Source of the DNA: Pelomyxa schiedti
Taxonomy: Eukaryota > Protista > Evosea
DNA length: 58,077 nucleotides
Reading direction: 5' to 3'
Assembly (NCBI GenBank): GCA_020536535.1
Contig: JAHLWZ010000242.1
Coordinates: forward strand, 1 to 58,077
The number at the start of each line of letters is the position of its first letter. The first letter of the stretch is position 1. Both the position numbers and the translations under genes were made by a program. Below are positions 1-13,289 of the stretch, one piece after another. The notes beneath the pieces were generated by a model. It was not told the DNA's origin, made no database searches, and saw only the letters and a list, made by a program, of their open reading frames with translations.

Positions 1-119
1 ATTTCGCTGTTTGTTTTTGATTCTGACCATCGCGACACTGGTTTGCAAGTAATTTTACATCCCCCACACAATTCACCACCCCTGCCTTTATGCAGCTGAG
101 TCCCTTCAGGTCAAGTGGC

Positions 120-170
120 AACACGGATTGACCGCTGCGGCTTTCTTTTCGAACACGGATTGACCGCTGC
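120..170. repeat. Short direct duplication (19 bp, AACACGGATTGACCGCTGC x2)
   Basis: Two identical copies at ~120-138 and ~152-170, read directly from the sequence. Confidence 0.9.
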
Positions 171-649
171 AAGTTTATTTTGTTGACGGCGAGAGGGCCA
201 TCGAGGAAGAGCGGGAGGTGCCTGTGGCTGTCGAATTACACCATGTTGTTGTTGACACTGGTGCAGACACAGTGTTTCCATCAAAACTTGGTGCTTGGAC
301 TCCAACAGAGGGGGTGGTATGCACCTTGTGTGTGGGGTCTGCTCTCTCCTGTGACACACACTTCAGGCATTTGTTGGGTTGACCTGATTGGACACAGTGT
401 GTGCCCATTAATCAGTACAGCCAATTGCCCCAAGAGTTGTTGTAATGGTGTTATCATCCCCCTCACCTTCTCCCACACCTCCATCCATGTCGCTGATGTC
501 CCCCAACTTTCCACTTTTAATCATCAACCAAAACAAGAATGTTGATTTTCAACAAAAAAATGCTGGTGGGATTAAAAACACTGGTGCTTTTACCTCCGGG
601 TCTGATTGTGCTTTTCTTTGTTGTGGTGTTTAATTGTGGCAAAAAGCCC

Positions 650-860
650 ACCCTTATTTCTCTCATTTTTGGTGCCAAATAAAGGCCAAGAGTCATTGAG
701 TCATTGGTTGAATGCCAAAGAAGTGGTCTTACATCAAAGCAATGCAATGTTCATTGCAACCTTTATTTGGGCATTTCGACTGCGAAGTTATGGGATCTCG
801 ACAAAGCTTAACCAGGGTAATTTTTTTCTGGTGCCTTACTTATGGGAGGTGCACATTGCA
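650..860. repeat. Dispersed repeat, inverted copy at ~54590-54790 (possibly the 3' part of a LINE ORF2)
   Basis: Minus-strand translation HCFDVRPLLWHSTNDSMTLG here matches plus-strand HCSDVRPLIWHSNNGSMTLG at 54.7 kb, and the nucleotide match is visible by eye. The LINE assignment (FIATFIWAFRLR resembling the W-x-x-W-x-x-RN region) is weak. Confidence 0.8.
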
Positions 861-1179
861 TGTGGAAAGGCCTTGTACCTGTTTCCTTTGGGCCTGAGTC
901 CTACTGGTGTTGTTGGAAGTGTTGGAAGCACGTGCCCAAATGGTAAGAAGAGAGAAGTCCCAAATGAATTACGGACAACTTCAGATTTTAAGTTTTGGGG
1001 TAGCCGAACAGTGCTGTGCGGAGAGCGCTTGGAGGCTCGACAACGCGCAATAGAACTAACTAATTACCAACAACAATACATCAACCTGGAGGCGGCTCAC
1101 ACTAGCCTGCCATTTTGTGACGACAAAGAAGTTTTTTCTCACTTGCCATTGAACCGACTGGGTCAGAACCAGACACCCA

Positions 1180-2492
1180 CATCAACGTGGTTGTCAACAA
1201 CCTTCGGTATACCTGCAGGAGGTATGCTCTACCATTCGGGGCACTTATGACAGGCTCAAACCGCGGAAACGCAACCCTAAACCAGAAGCACTTCAACCTC
1301 CTCCCCAAGCTCATTCCCCAGTTTCAAACCACGGCAGCTCTTACATCACCCAAAACGACTCAGCCTAATGAGTTTCCAGTACTGAATGCTATGTTGGCTC
1401 CAAGTACTGGCGAATCAATCAGTCAACCAACAGATGAATTTACTTTCTATTCCAGGAAAACCTATATTGGCACCTCCCCAAGATGAAGTGCACAAGGTGC
1501 CCAGGCACTAACCACGACGTGGTTAGGTGTCCCTTTCAGTCAGAAGAACACTACGAGGCACCTCTTCGTCTACTCTGAGAGTACAGCCCCAGCCCCACTA
1601 TATCCCGAGAGACCAATGCCCCTCGGCCAACCCAGCAATCTCTAACAACATCAACTACTCCTCCAGCCGCTCCCTTTATTTCCCCTCCAACAACATCCAA
1701 CCCAACTCCAGGACCCGACAAGACAGGGATCAGGCCCCCACGGCCCCTGATAAAACCACCTAAAGCAATGATCAGCTTAAGAGTATTATTGTGGTACATG
1801 AGGGGGCTAGCTACGGCCCCAATACGCAAACTCAACCAAATCAAAGACACAATCAATACAATCAACACACATATCCTTGTAATCACCAAAACCCACTCTA
1901 CAGAACAGGCACATGACAATACCTGCAACCTGAATTCCTGAAAACACGCCAAAACTCAGATGGTGGTAATAGGGATTCTTAAATCCCACAACCCAAAGTC
2001 CTGATGGAAGGCCAACTGTCCAAGGTTCAAATTCCCTGGGAGAATCAAGCCATGGACATCCTCAGTGTCTAAGCTCTCCCCCTAATTTTCAAAGTGGTAA
2101 TAGACACACTCCTCATGAATTTACAATGCTCCCCAGCCAAACCCAAGGTATCAGCTTATGAAGATGATATCTGCACTGCCTGGAGGAACCTTAAGGATCT
2201 CGACACAGGAGCAGCCTTAAACCTCCGCAAGACAGAAGTGCTGGCTGTATCTCCCCCGTTAGCCAAGGACAAAATATCGATAGCCTACCCGGCACAAACT
2301 GTAACGAAATACAAGTACCGGGGAGTTTACATTGGTCACACCACCACTAAAGAAAGGATCGAACCAATGATCAACAAAGCCTGCAAGAGAGCTCAAACCA
2401 TTATCCCGAAGGTTATTGGCCACCAATATCTACATCCACTCCATCCTCCAATGCCGACTCCAACAAACAAATACAAGGACAGCTGGAGGTAA
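1180..2492 (+). mobile_element. Degenerate non-LTR retrotransposon (L1/Tx1-like) ORF2: endonuclease remnant + RT
   Basis: AYEDD (YADD-like), GAALNLRKTEVL and KYKYRGVYIG in ORF 2094-2492. EFTFYSRK (~1440) resembles an APE motif and GPDK (~1745) resembles RT domain 0. Many stops and frameshifts. Confidence 0.75.
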
Positions 2493-2581
2493 TGTGAAAT
2501 CTAAATACCTTCCCTTGACTGAATTAACCAGGTGTGTCTTCTGAAGAAGTAATTGGTTCACCTCTTTTCTCTGTGACAACT

Positions 2582-2745
2582 TCAATTGAAGTTTATTGTC
2601 CTTGAGTGCCTTTCATAGTCAAGCAGTGCTTCATGGTTCTTGAGCCTTTCACCGTGCAACCACTGAGTATCATTATAGCCTTTGAACTTGACCTCTAGAG
2701 CGTTCCTCCGGGTATGAGCTTGTGGGCAACAATTTCCTCAATTTG
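2582..2745 (-). other. Chromodomain at the Gypsy integrase C-terminus (frameshifted)
   Basis: QIEEIVAHKLIPGGTL, then a 1-nt shift, then EVKFKGYNDTQWLHGERLKNHEALLDY. Confidence 0.75.
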
Positions 2746-5560
2746 TTTGACGCGTTCCTTGTAGTCCTTTGTCTTCGGCAATAGTGGAGCCTTTGCCGAG
2801 TCCACCCAATGAAACATGTTCTCGATGTGTGCTTCATGCGGTTTCTCTCCGGACCTGCCTTCTGCATATACTAACCAATTGTGTTCACCACGCCGTTCTA
2901 TTATCCTGTACGGTCCTTACGTAAGTATGTCTAATTTACTAGATGCCCAGTGATGTAATTGGCATGTAGATACGTACTAAGTCTCCGACTTTGAAATTCT
3001 TTGTAGTAAATTCGCACGGAATGGGCTTTCGTACATCCCTTTCGTTATTGACTGTAGTTCTGAGTTCATTTGCGATCTCCCAGCTCCGTGGTACTTGTTT
3101 CATGAAGGTATGAGTATCTCTCTTATCCACTTTCATGAACGGTGCTGCAATAGGTTCAACCTATCCATTCCGAATACCATAGAATAAGGTGTGTGTAGTT
3201 GTATTCGGTGCTGTATTGTGAATAGACAATTGCGGGTATTAGCTTCTCCTGTTGACTTGCTCAACTCTGCCAATAGTCTGTGGGTAATAAGGCGCATTGA
3301 CACTGTGCATAGTATTCATAAATCCATGTTGTTATTTGATTACTTCTGCTGTGTTTCTAACGGTTCCATTAGTCATAGCAGCATGATTGCGGACATTTCC
3401 TCAGGATCTGGTTGTATTCCGTCTTGACTAATAATGTGTCCAAGGAAATTAATTTTATCAAGACAAAATTCGCACTTAGAAGGTTTCAACCTCACTCCAG
3501 CTTCATACAAACATTCAAATACTTCTTCCAGATGTTTCACATGATTCTCGACTGTATGTGAAAATATGATGATGTCATCAATGTAAGCTAAAACATATTG
3601 CCATTGCTCTCCAGAAAATAGTTGTGACATTCCTCCTGTGCTTCATACTTATGACATCGGGCATAGGAAATCCATCCTTTACAGTGATTGTGTTGAGGCG
3701 TCGATAATCAACACAAAATCGAATTGAACCGTCTTTCTTCTTCACAAGAACGACAGGTGCTGAGTATGGACTATTGCTGTATCTAGCCACACCCGCATCG
3801 CATCAAGTAATTTTTGCGCTTCTTCTTTCTCCTTCTCACGCTTCTCAGGATTCACTGTGTCTTTTCACGTTGATGGGTGCATCAGATGTGAACTTGATCT
3901 CGTGTTCAACTCCCTTTATTCACTGAGTTCTTGTGCTGTTACCGCGAAAACTTTGCGATAAGCATTGAGGAGCTTATGTTTCAGATGCTCATCCAAATGT
4001 GATCCGATCTTCTAATCGTTTATCGGTACTGTATTTTCACCTTTCTTGTTAATGTTAATCTCATAAACCGCAAGTGATCCCACTCGTTTCCAGCTTCCGT
4101 TACCTCTTGGCTGGGATTTCCACTTGAGAGCTACATCCTTCGCACTTCTGATCTGTGCTACAGCTAGTCCTCTGTACAGTCGAATAATTGAAAGGAGCTT
4201 CCCTTGTGTTAGCAACTTCGATTGCGAGACTTCTAGTCTCCGGTATGGTGTACAGAGCAGATTGCGCACATATACCATGTATGATTCCTTCTTTACACTT
4301 CTCAACAAGTAATAATTCAGGATGTAATCTGACTGGTAGATTGACTTCAATCTTCATCGTAGTCCAGCCTGGGATTGTCAAATCGTTGGCCGATACGATC
4401 CTCTTAGTAGTTCTATTCTTCGTGAGTAAATGTACTTTCTTTCCACCTTATCTAAACGAATTACAAGAATGCAAGATGTCTCCTTTGTATGTTGTAGTGG
4501 GATCACAGCCCAGTAGACTATATCCTTCAGTCCTATGGTCACTGTAAAAGTTACAATGTGCTTTGCATTTCCGATTTCTACCTATGGGTAAAGATTCACC
4601 CCCAGAATTCCAGTAATATGTCATTGATAGCTTTGGCTTTTGCAATACTAGGCATTTGGGTGACTTGCTTCTCAGGTGCAATCTTTTCCAATGCATCTTC
4701 ACTAACAGTAGAAATAGTAGAGCCTGAATCAATCATGATAGTGACGGGCTTATCGTTGACTTTTCCCATCAAAGTGGACAACCAAGTGCCCAACTTACTA
4801 CCAAATGCGTGCGTGCCTGCCTTGGCTTCAGAGTTGGCAGTTGTATGCTAAGGAATTGCCTTTCCTCCACGGTTACGTAGGCTACAAGTTTTGGCGGAAC
4901 CTGTGCCGCTACCTGACTCGCTACCAGAGCTTTCATTCACGTCAGTTTGCTCTTCTTCATCATTATCTCCTAATCCATATACTCTAGGCTTAGTACAATC
5001 TCTCCACTTGTGACCATAGCCTCCACAGTTATGACATTAGATGTGACTATTTCCAGAATGAGATGTCTTCGACGATGAATCAAATGTGGTGTGCTTGGTT
5101 GGTGGATAGTGGTGACTTCCCGATGTGCTGGCGCTAGTTGGCGTACTAGTAGTTGAGGGAGAATGGTGAGATGCATTTCCATGTGACTGATTTGAATGGT
5201 GTTCGTTATGGCGATTGTTCCGATGATAATATCCCTGATCATTGTATGTCGGGTGAATTCGTTTGTCATGATCCTCAACCTCTTGTAGTGTCTGGATCAA
5301 CGTTGGAATCGTTGTAGCTTGGCATGTCACTACCGTGCGGTAATACTTCCCATACAATGCATTTACGAACATCTTCACTTTCGTATCTTCATCCAGTGGA
5401 GTTCTCAATCTCGCCGCTTCTTTCTTAAGTTTACTTCCAAAGTATACAATCTTCTCGCCACGTTTTTGTCTCATATTCACCAGGTGCACGCTGTTTTCGA
5501 GTGGAGCCCAAATCAGGAGTTTAGGGGTCCTAGTTGGGTGTCGGACATACAACCGGGACC
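2582..5560 (-). mobile_element. Ty3/Gypsy chromovirus-like LTR retrotransposon, internally deleted
   Basis: Gag-like region (VNMRQKRGEKI...VKMFVNAL), CCHC knuckle CHNCGGYGHKWRDC (4995-5036, just after a premature TAA), protease MIDSGST, RT ([42 protein letters not shown]), integrase fragment YYPQTIGRVEQVNR and a C-terminal chromodomain. RNase H and the integrase N-terminus are missing; no LTR pair found. Confidence 0.92.
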
Positions 5561-7699
5561 CAGATTGGTGAGTTTGTAGTACAAACGGAATCACACTATA
5601 ACGGATACACAATTTAGCATTAGGGGTACAAAAAGTCCAAGAGGGCCCCAACAGCACACAAGTGCTGCGCTCTGACGTGAGTCCTGATCTTTCTCCAGAG
5701 GGCAGCAGCCCTGATAAAGGCATGGGTCTGGGAACTGGTGTCAGCTGTCAAACAAACAGCTTGCCCAGAATACAACTGTCAAAGAGCAGAAACTGAGGGG
5801 GAGTGGCACGTGAGAACTCCAGGGAAACTGCATGACAGCTCTTGCCCTCCTGTGCCCAGATGAGGAGCTCAGAGATCTCCAAGATCTAGAGCTGTCAAAT
5901 TTCACTTGTTGAAAAAAAAAAACAAAGAGAAACCGCACATGCGTGCCGGACTTGGTGGTTGTCCAGTGTTGCGGACAAGCGACTATTCCTCTACGGAAGT
6001 CTAGTGTCTCCTGACTTTACGTTTGCGTTTCCTCCGGTCCTTTATTTCCCTTCTTTAGTACCCGCATTCTCATGTAAGTCGCTGTTACTGCTTTAACTCC
6101 GGCATTAAACTTTTGACATAGTTATATAATTAACACCAAATAACCACGAAACGAAAATAACACAAACTCTTGTCAGTATCATCTTCCCCTTGCAAGGAGT
6201 TAGCGTGGAAAGGAAATTGATTTTCTTATGGCGACTCATCACCCCAGAAAAAGGAAAATGCCATGAAGGTATTTTTAGACGGCCTTAAGTTTCTTCTCTG
6301 ATTGTCTCATAGAGGTGGAATGTGTTTACTTTGAAATCCCGAAACAAGGTAATACTCCACTCTTTTATCCCCTGCTTCTCCTTGCTGATGGTTTTCAGCC
6401 TGAATTGGATTTTTCCATTACTGATGCAGACCTCTTGAGGCTACTTCATTGTGGGGTCATCATTTGGCCATGTTTGATGAAACCCCTGATTTTCACTCTA
6501 CCCTCAGCATTGTAACCTGATATCAAGATTAGGTGTAGAAACACCGGATATCAAGTTGGAAAGAGTACAGGCGGGAGCAGACACACCAGCACCCCCGTCC
6601 CCAAGGTGAATATGAATCCCCTTTTTTCATTTGCCTATGAGCTAACCATGCGGTGTTCAGAGACCTCGGACTTACTTGCAGCAGTCCTCTGCTGCGGCCA
6701 GTACCAGGTTACCCTGCACCAAATGTATTTGCAGGCATGCATTGTAATGTGCAGAACAACAAGGCGATGCAGTCACCACAGAACCTCCTCACCCTCAAAC
6801 CACAACAAACAGATTGTAAACCACAACGTAATTGTAGTAATGAGACTCCTTACTTCAAAAAAAAAAAAAATTGTGAATTAGACAAATGGCTGAAGGGCAG
6901 GAAAATGGCGCCCCCCGTTGGTACCGATTTGCACTCGGCCGCTTTGGGTTCCAAAAAGCACCCGTTTCGAGCCCTTTTGGTTCCAGGCCCCGTTTTGTTG
7001 CTAATTTCCAGTTTTGCGTCGACACCCATGACGGTACCACTCGTACCCCCCGCCCGGGCCCGACTCGGAAACAGCGTGTGATGCAACTGTTGACCTTCCT
7101 TGCGGTGTACAGTTAGTTTTTCAAGTTCAAGTTCATCAAAATCTTCATCAATCTTTCCTTTTGTCCACCAGCCAGTTTCGTGAATGATCTCTTTCACAAG
7201 CGGTAGAATCATCGGCCCGCCGGAGCCGGAATTCCAGAACCTGCACCGACACCATTCCACAACAGAAACAAGTGACCAACATGGTTAACCCATCCTACTC
7301 CACCACCCTGACCAACGCGGTTGGTGTACTGAACCAGGCTATGGGATATTCAATACACGCGGTTACACTCGGCAAGTGGAGCAGCCTGGTGGATGCCACA
7401 GTATGAGATACCACCACCAACACACTGTTCCCTATCAAACCACTGCTTCTAACCACATTCACGCAAAAACACAGGCACATATGCCCCCACATTCACAACA
7501 AGCACCACCACATCCACCGATACTTCTGAGATACTACTATCGGCACCCACACAAACAAGCAACGCAGACAACAACCACAACTCGGCGCACCCCCGTCATA
7601 GTCATAGTGATTACATCTGCACATGTTTCCAGTACTTTGTGTCACTACGGCTTCTTAACTCCCCCTCTTGGAATTAAAAAACCTTTCAATCAACCAGGA

Positions 7700-8230
7700 G
7701 TTTCGGTTGTTCCACAAGGGGCACTCAAAGTTAAGAGTAAAGGAATACGGGGGCTGGAGGGTGCTTGTTATTCTGTTTACATGAGATACAAGCGTATCTG
7801 TCTTCCAGACTGATGTTAGCTCCGTATTTTCCATACTCAGTATGTGGGCAATAGTCTAACAGTGCAAAAACCAGAGCAGCTATAATAAGAACGGGCCATT
7901 CACTTACCAACGAAATTTGCTGCTGGGTAGGCTTATTTTTAGTAGATTCCTTGGATAAATTAATATGGAAAGCCACTTCTTCCATCACTTCTTGCCAGAA
8001 CAGTGAAAGTTTCAGATGGCGAAATTTGATCTGTGTTGTGCCAATAAGAAGTATTCTCTCCCCTCTTCCACCAAGAAAGGAACTAGAATCGCATAAGCAA
8101 TCAGGGTCGCAGTAAACGGTAGTGCCAGTAATAGTCTTTTCACTTGTACGAGAATTGATACTCTTACGTGTTGGAACGATCTATTTGACGGAATAAACAA
8201 CTCTCTGTCTCCGCCATACTCCCAGGGGCA
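7700..8230 (-). mobile_element. Probable DIRS/Ngaro-type RT remnant
   Basis: Frame-hopping motifs in DIRS order: SFQHVRV, FSYK*KDYY / LALPF, ILLIG, AFHINLSKES..PTQQQI. No tyrosine recombinase seen. Confidence 0.5.
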
Positions 8231-8289
8231 GAGTGTTTTGCTGTGGTCATTGCATCAAGAGTAACTGCAGATATCTTGGAGTGTTGCTG

Positions 8290-9200
8290 TCATACGAGTC
8301 CGGCATCCATTTCTGGAGATCATAGGGTTCCTGCTGGCCCACAAATACACGGTAATGGTTTGTTGTTGTGTTGGTGGTGATGCTGCCTGTCCTTGCTGTG
8401 TGTATGGTTGTGGAGCTTCAGGAATGGAAGTATGTAGAACAGAACAATACTTTGCATATATGGGCTTGATGGAGGGATTCCAGGGGTGTTGAGTTGCGTG
8501 GGGAAAATAGCCTGATATATCAGTTTTAATCATTCTGGAGCGGAGATGTAAACACCAAGGTATTTGTACTTCATTATTGTGATGTGTTATCTCTAGCCTC
8601 CAGTGGGTGAGCTGCCAGGACTTCTGTCTTCTTAAAATTCATGGTGATGTCTCTTTTTGGGGATTTTGATGTGGTCAAGTGCGAGTTTCCTTGGTGGGCA
8701 GAGCGGGTGAAAATGTTTGGTGCTGCGAGTTTCCTTGGCGGGCAGAGCGGGTGAAAATGTTTGGTGCTGCAAGTTTCCTTGGCGGGCAGAGCGGGTGGGC
8801 AATAATATGTTCCAGTGGTTCCAGAAGTGGGTGGTGAGTGAGGGTACTTGTGGCAGTGCAGGGTGTTTGGGGGTGTGTTTGCGGTGTCTGGGTGCGGTGC
8901 AGTGGGGTTCTGGCTGGGGTTCCCCCCAATTGGCCTTCTTAGGTGTGGTTATACTGAGGTGCAAATGAGACAGTTCAGGCCCACATACAGTGGAGGTAGC
9001 CAATGGGTTGTGATTGCCACCGGTGTGTTCTGGGTGGGTGTGTTTGACAGGCTGCTGAGGTTCTGTGTTCTTGGTACCAGGATCAGAGTAAGGGCTTTGA
9101 CTTGAAGTAGACCCTGAGTGCCTAAGGCAAACTTGGAGATGGAACCACAACCTTCACAATTCAGACCCCAGACACCTTGCACCAATGGAAGAACTGTTTT
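8290..9200 (-). mobile_element. Degenerate LINE, same family as 1180-2492, heavily deleted
   Basis: NFKKTEVLAA and KYKYLGVYIS (8540-8640) mirror NLRKTEVLAV and KYKYRGVYIG at ~2220-2335. Weak APE-like starts (GLNCEG, GGNHNPL) upstream. Confidence 0.65.
8681..8796. repeat. Tandem repeat, 44-bp unit x ~2.6
   Basis: GCGAGTTTCCTTGG(T/C)GGGCAGAGCGGGTGAAAATGTTTGGTGCT starting at 8681, 8725 and (partial) 8769. Confidence 0.95.
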
Positions 9201-9478
9201 GTGTAAGTAAGTTGAAAAACACAAACAAAGTACCCTTGAACTCGGTGCTGGTTTTCATCTTTTTTAAATAGTGTTCAGTTGTGAGATAATGCATCCTGAA
9301 GTTGCTTTCTCCATTTCTTTGGGTCTTGCTTGTCCACTGGAAAAGCAGTAACTACAATACACTGTTACAAACTTCATCATTGGTATAAAGGGGTATTACT
9401 CCTAAAGACTGTTAATACTTCCAAACTGTAGTAGATAAGATACTTTTTCTTCAGGCCACAGGCATAAAAGGGAAAAGA

Positions 9479-9840
9479 ATGCTCAATCACTGTACCAAAC
9501 TTGCATGGCTTCTTCGTATCTCTCAGATTGGTACAGTGATTGAGCATAGTTGATTGTATTTAGGGACAGTGGAACATCATTTACAATATCCCATAACTGT
9601 TGTGTGACGTTGGCAACATCACATCCAAAAGAGTGCCACATATTCTTGAAAGATGCACAAAATCCTGCACTTGATAGGTTGCTCAAACTACAATCGAGTT
9701 ACCAATTCACTTCCACAACAGCACGAGCGGTTGATTCCCATCCTCACAAATCAAGCAAGCCAACGCACACGAACTCGTTTTCGGGAAATCTCTCGGATAC
9801 GCCGTTCAGCACAACCCTCGCTTCCGTGTGGTTGTGCCGT
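9479..9840 (-). pseudogene. IFT70: Degenerate copy of IFT70 5' exons, ending in a 20-bp fold-back
   Basis: Aligns with 12380-12765 (NYAQSLYQSERYEEAMQV) with indels and CpG transitions. Perfect inverted repeat at 9479-9498 / 9528-9547. Confidence 0.9.
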
Positions 9841-9963
9841 GTTGTTTTCGTGTTTTGTTTTGTTCTTCACTTCATATCGGAGAAAATTTCGACTACGTAC
9901 AAAACCCTTTTTTTTTGGTCTTTGTCTGTCACCACATTATTTGCCGGTGTAGATGCAATAGTT

Positions 9964-12822
9964 TCAGGAGCTCCTAAGCCGCAGTAGCAGGCGTAATATC
10001 ATACGCGCCTCATAGGAAATTGTTCGGGGTTCTTTTAGTGTTGTTGGGTTGTAATATTATAGAAAGTGCCAACATACTGTCGCTTCTTGTAGGGTCTTCT
10101 GGCTCAGCACTTAAATTTCTTCCGTGGATGTCACATTGCCTCAGAAACTCAAAGATGTCATTATATCTGAGTTGTGGTTGGATTGCTGTCGAAATGAGGG
10201 CACTAATACACAGAATCCTTGAGAATCATCATGTTTTTACTTAGAACCTCTGAGAGAGCCAAAAAGCACAGCTTGGCATAAAACCATGTATCTGTATCGA
10301 GTTTTCTTTGGAAGTTATCAAGAGCTCCCATTATTCTTGCAATTCCGTACTCAAAGTTCCCCTTTTTTCTGTTAGCAAAGGAAATGGAGTTGGTCCAGCT
10401 ACTTTACTACAATACAACGTTCCAATTACCTGGCAAAAAGTCATTAGAAAGAACTGTGGTTCAAAGGTTTCACACACCAGATTTACAATGCACAAAGAGA
10501 GTATTTTTTGATTTGGTACTTTTTCTATGGCAATCTCTTCCTCCCTTTCAATTCTACGCATCAATTCCTCTGCAATTTTTGTCTGTTGGTTTTATTTCAC
10601 AACTTAAAGAAGAATTTGAAGGAAGAACATGTTCTGTCATGATATAGGAGACACATAAATTAGCTAAAACGATAGCTGGCACTGATAATAGCTAATAGGA
10701 TGGTGAAAGCTGATAAAAAGTGAGAAACCTTACAGACTCAGAGTGGGCATTCACAATCGGTTCGTAGTATTGAATGGCATCATTAAATTTGTTTTCTTGA
10801 ACAAAATGTGTGTGTGCCATGTTAAGTTTCCAAACCTTAGAGAACTGAACACATAATAACAGTGGCTGATGGAAAAAGAACCTGGCTCTCACTGCAATAC
10901 TCCACAGCTTGGCTATATCTCGAGATAAGAAAACAATTCAAAATAAAGAGCACACCGTAGAATTTTTTCTACAGTTGTATAGTCATTCAAGTCCCAGAAT
11001 ATTTTTGCCTTCGGAATGGTGACGAAAAAACATAACGAAAAATAATAACCTGATGCATAAGAACTGGTATATACTTAGCAGACTCTACTTCACAAGCTTT
11101 TGTTGCTGCTCTTACCTCAGCTGTATCTCGGTGAAGACGAGCAGTCTGGACCTGGCATGCAAATGAGAAAAGTAAGGTGAAACTAGCTGTCTGCTCAATA
11201 TTGATTTTATACCTGTTTCGACAGTTTTCTGAGTGCTTCTGTGTGCTTAGTGCCCAGAACTTCCAACTTGGAAAAAGATTCTTGAGGAGAGGTCTCTTGG
11301 GCCAGCAAAGCATCTAAAAATTGGACAAGCTCCTTGAGTGTCATTACTTAGATGGGAAACTGGGGTAAAACGAAGATACAGGATCCAGTTGGTCTCTGCG
11401 AAAAGTCGTTCCATTCAGTAATTCTTGGGCATCAGAATAACGTCCATACTGGCAGTTCAAGAGCAACAAGTTTCCGAAAACATCTTCATTGCTTCAGGAC
11501 CTTCACTCGCAAAAATACAATAACCTGGCATTGAAGGTAGCAGGTTTACAACATGTTCCATTTTCAAAAAATTCTCTCTAGGATTTTCATCCATATGAAT
11601 CAATGCCTGTTATTGACATTAGGAGATTCCAGTCTTGTTGCTCGGCATTGTTACTTTGTTGTGCAATGTTATAGGATCTTCTTCATCTTCATTCCTTGGG
11701 GGCATTGCTTGAAGACTTTCTTTGGCAACATCGGGACTTTGAGAAAGGAAATCAATTGCTGCCTAGTGTTAGTTTGATATCGTTCTGAGCATTCCTTTGG
11801 GAATACCTTCAAGTTGAAGGCTTCAATCAGGGCCGATTCCTTTAGAGTTTGTGTATTTCCTACACTCTTGGGCATTGGATCTGGCGCATAACTGGAAAGC
11901 TCTAAGATTAATTAGGCTACTTTTAGTTTTAGAGTTCTATCTGGCTACCAGGATGCTCTTGGATACCCCGTTCAATAATCTGTAAGATAAATTTTCGGGC
12001 CAAACTATGCTGCTCAAGATAAAAGTGACATAAAGCGATATTGTATCTTCTTGGGTAAGGCTTGGCGTTCAGGGAAGAAAAGAGTCACACACTCTATATA
12101 AGGATGATTGCCCAGAAGAAGTAATGCATCACTGAAAAGTTTCAATGCCTCTTCGTACTTCTTTTCCTTCACTAAAATACAAGCTTGTAACACAAGAGCT
12201 TCAGGATCTTCAGATAAAGATTCTAGAAGAGCTCGAGTGTGGGAATTTTCATCCAGTTCATATTGGATTAGTGCCTTTAGTTTGGAAACCTTTTTTTTTT
12301 TTTTTTTGCCTCTTTAGTCAAAGAGAGAGGTGTGTGTTAATCACCTTTGAATTGTATACAGCATCTTTAATTGCCATACAAACTTGCATGGCTTCTTCGT
12401 ATCTCTCAGATTTGTACAGTGATTGAGCATAGTTGAATCTGTATTCAGTGACCGTGGAATATCGTTTACACAATATCCCATAACTGTTGTACGACGTTGG
12501 CAACGTCATATCCAAAAAAAAAGAGTGCAACATACACTCTTGCAGATGTTGCAAAATCCTGCAGTTGATAAGTCACATATGCCAACAGTGACTGTGATGC
12601 CCTGGTTGGTGACTCAGTCATCAAAAGCGAAATGACACAAACTTCATTTATAAACTCACTGATTCCACAACACAAGCAAGCCACCACGCACACGAACCTG
12701 TTTTCGGGAAATCTCTCGGACACGCCCTCCAGCACAACCCTCGCTTCCGTGTAGTTGTGCTCTGAAATGAGCCGATAAATTGTCGACGTGTAACTCCCTT
12801 CGGCGATGGGTCTCGTAGCCAT
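9964..12822 (-). CDS. IFT70: Intraflagellar transport protein IFT70/TTC30 (TPR protein), multi-exon, apparently intact
   Basis: Spliced peptides match TTC30 from start to end: MATRPIAEGSYTSTIYRLI, NYAQSLYK, IIERGIQEHP, SVGNTQTLKESALIEAFNLK, MPPRNEDEEDPITLHN, YIPVLM, VWKLNMAH, AIVLANLCVSYIM, CIVNLVIGTLYC, DTDTWFYAK. GT-AG introns keep frame; stop TGA at 9964-9966. Confidence 0.95.
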
Positions 12823-13289
12823 TCGCTCCCGTGTCACAAAAACTTTGCTTAGGGGAAATCAACATTCCAGCCGGCAACATACTCCCAGTTCTCAGTGGAC
12901 CCGCAGCACAGCATCACGTGTCATTGAATTCCTTAAAAAATGGAATCACAGTATCAGCCCTGGGCAACCCTCAAAAGTTGGGAGTTGGACAACTGCCAGT
13001 AATTCCATGATACCTGATGTTGTGCATGGCATCCACATACTCAGAATTCATGTGAATCAGGGCTTATAAGCAACACCACTTTCACTCACCTCAGAATTCT
13101 AAACATGCTTTTTCTCTTCAACAATCTTGCATAACAACAACAATTACAAGTGCAGCAGTCTCCCTGTGAGGATCTAGCACTCACCAGTGTTTTTTAGAAG
13201 AGAGTGCTGCTTACATGTATCAGAAACAAGAGATAAGATCATGGATGTGAGTTTCTTCTGGCAGATATGGGAAGGATGAATGTTGATAA

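Noticed and set aside
5940-6200. 5' LTR of the minus-strand Gypsy element
   Set aside because: No matching copy near 2500 and no recognisable PBS.
6850-7260. hAT transposase C-terminus plus a GC-rich transposon end
   Set aside because: Only vague resemblance; no TIR pair, TSD or clear SERxFS motif.
8490-8533. IKTDISGYFPH as an RT motif of a retron, group II intron or Penelope element
   Set aside because: It lies downstream of the LINE YLG motif, and no matching QG or YxDD motifs follow.
8681-8796. CRISPR-like array
   Set aside because: Units are directly adjacent with no unique spacers, and the context is eukaryotic.
11560-11580. Apparent frameshift or stop in IFT70
   Set aside because: Recounting the homopolymer (six A on the plus strand) gives an open frame, ENFLKMEHVV.
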